207 nt of DNA. It comes from Escherichia coli. GTDB lineage: Bacteria > Pseudomonadota > Gammaproteobacteria > Enterobacterales > Enterobacteriaceae. Below the pieces are notes generated by a model that had not been told where the DNA came from, did not search any database, and was given only the letters and a program-made list of their open reading frames with translations. Positions 1 to 207 of the stretch are shown piece by piece. The DNA lies in assembly GCF_003334255.1 (NCBI RefSeq), contig NZ_QOWU01000283.1; one strand, 5' to 3'. Position numbers and translations under genes: made by a program. Position 1 is the first letter of the stretch; each line of letters begins with the position of its first letter.

Positions 1-207
1 CGTGCTGACTTATCTGATGGAACTTTACCAGATGGATTTTGCTGAACTTTCTGAAGCAGTATCCACACACTATCCCAGCCACAAGGGGGTGATCATGACG
101 ATAGCAGAGCAACTGGAAGAGAAAGGTCTGGAGAAAGGTCGTGCTGAAGAGCGCTCCAGATTAGTGCTCATGATGAGACAAAAGGGAAAATCTCTGGAGG
201 AAATCAA
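1..207 (+). CDS. Partial CDS (internal fragment, codon phase starts at base 2): C-terminal region of an Rpn-family (YhgA-like, PDDEXK_7/Transposase_31) recombination-promoting nuclease; paralog not assignable
   Basis: Frame starting at base 2 is open across the window (68 codons), translating to VLTYLMELYQMDFAELSEAVSTHYPSHKGVIMTIAEQLEEKGLEKGRAEERSRLVLMMRQKGKSLEEI. + strand frames 1 and 3 hit stops early (TGA at 43-45 and 42-44). The MTIAEQL start followed by a charged tail with G-spaced repeats (EEKG-LEKG-R) matches the Rpn C-terminal tail as I recall it. Family assignment is from memory, not from a database search. Confidence 0.7.
83..91 (+). promoter_or_regulatory. Internal Shine-Dalgarno / ribosome-binding site for the ATG at 95
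   Basis: AAGGGGGTG differs from the consensus TAAGGAGGTG core at one position (G for A, still able to G-U pair with the anti-SD). It is the only SD-like purine run in the window placed correctly before an ATG. In the host frame it encodes K-G-V. Confidence 0.45.
95..207 (+). CDS. Candidate nested in-frame small ORF (RpnS-like intragenic antitoxin / C-terminal tail protein), 3' end beyond window
   Basis: In-frame ATG at 95-97 is preceded by a strong SD (AAGGGGGTG, 83-91), leaving about 5 nt between the AGGGGG core and the ATG. Product would begin MTIAEQLEEKGLEKGRAEERSRLVLMMRQKGKSLEEI. Internal translation starts producing small tail proteins are described for E. coli rpn genes. Whether this start is used cannot be shown from sequence alone. 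Confidence 0.4.
   Translation, partial: MTIAEQLEEKGLEKGRAEERSRLVLMMRQKGKSLEEI
119..142 (+). repeat. Tandem direct repeat, 2 x 12 bp (GAGAAAGGTCTG / GAGAAAGGTCGT), in-frame, encoding EKGL-EKGR
   Basis: Seen directly: positions 119-130 and 131-142 are identical at the first 10 of 12 bases. Each unit is four codons in the coding frame, so a unit gain or loss would keep the reading frame. Confidence 0.6.

Noticed and set aside
39-76. Possible sigma-70 promoter upstream of the internal start (for example TTGCTG at 39-44 as -35, with CAGTAT at 57-62 or TATCCC at 71-76 as -10).
   Set aside because: No hexamer pair has both good matches and 16-18 bp spacing; the best candidates match only about 3 of 6 positions each. 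An internal promoter is plausible for this gene family but cannot be supported from this sequence; it needs 5' end mapping.
90-98. Overlapping palindromes TGATCA (90-95, contains a GATC Dam site) and TCATGA (93-98) spanning the spacer and internal start codon; also the GAGCGCTC palindrome at 149-156.
   Set aside because: Short 6-8 bp palindromes and a single GATC are expected by chance in 207 bp. There is no extended stem-loop, no repeated operator half-sites and no clustering of GATC sites to suggest methylation-dependent regulation.
1-148. Repeated 8-mer CGTGCTGA at 1-8 and 140-147.
   Set aside because: It is a single 8-bp recurrence in different codon phases (frame-1 R-A-D versus in-frame R-A-E), consistent with chance. 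It does not flank anything as a direct-repeat target-site duplication would.
1-207. Antisense open reading frame: the - strand frame beginning at base 207 has no stop codon across the entire window (LISSRDFPFCLIMSTNLERSSARPFSRPFSSSCSAIVMITPLVAGIVCGYCFRKFSKIHLVKFHQISQH).
   Set aside because: An open frame of 69 codons is not rare by chance in a short window, and it lies opposite a sense frame with a protein-like, family-recognisable translation. The antisense translation is Ser/Cys/Phe-rich and low-complexity, and its only ATGs (reverse complements of 170-172 and 95-97) lack an SD. It is most likely a shadow ORF.
1-207. Checked for RNA genes, CRISPR repeats, a rho-independent terminator, and IS or transposon terminal inverted repeats.
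   Set aside because: There is no GC-rich hairpin followed by a T-tract, no repeat-spacer periodicity, no tRNA-like structure, and no inverted repeats at the window edges. The continuous coding frame explains the whole window.

Overview
The whole 207-bp window is an internal fragment of one protein-coding gene on the + strand (codons 2-4 through 203-205, no start or stop in the window). It translates to VLTYLMELYQMDFAELSEAVSTHYPSHKGVIMTIAEQLEEKGLEKGRAEERSRLVLMMRQKGKSLEEI. From memory, not a search, this resembles the C-terminal tail of the enterobacterial Rpn (YhgA-like, PDDEXK_7/Transposase_31) recombination-promoting nuclease family; I cannot assign a paralog. The most notable signal is a near-consensus Shine-Dalgarno (AAGGGGGTG, 83-91) just upstream of an in-frame ATG at 95, exactly where the charged tail begins. 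That layout fits the described Rpn arrangement in which a small RpnS-type antitoxin is translated from an internal start inside the toxin gene. A tandem 12-bp repeat (119-142, encoding EKGL/EKGR) lies in the tail. I see no RNA gene, CRISPR repeat, mobile-element end or terminator. GC is about 46% (96/207, hand count). This looks like a member of a known family rather than a new system; what is potentially new is the specific tail variant.
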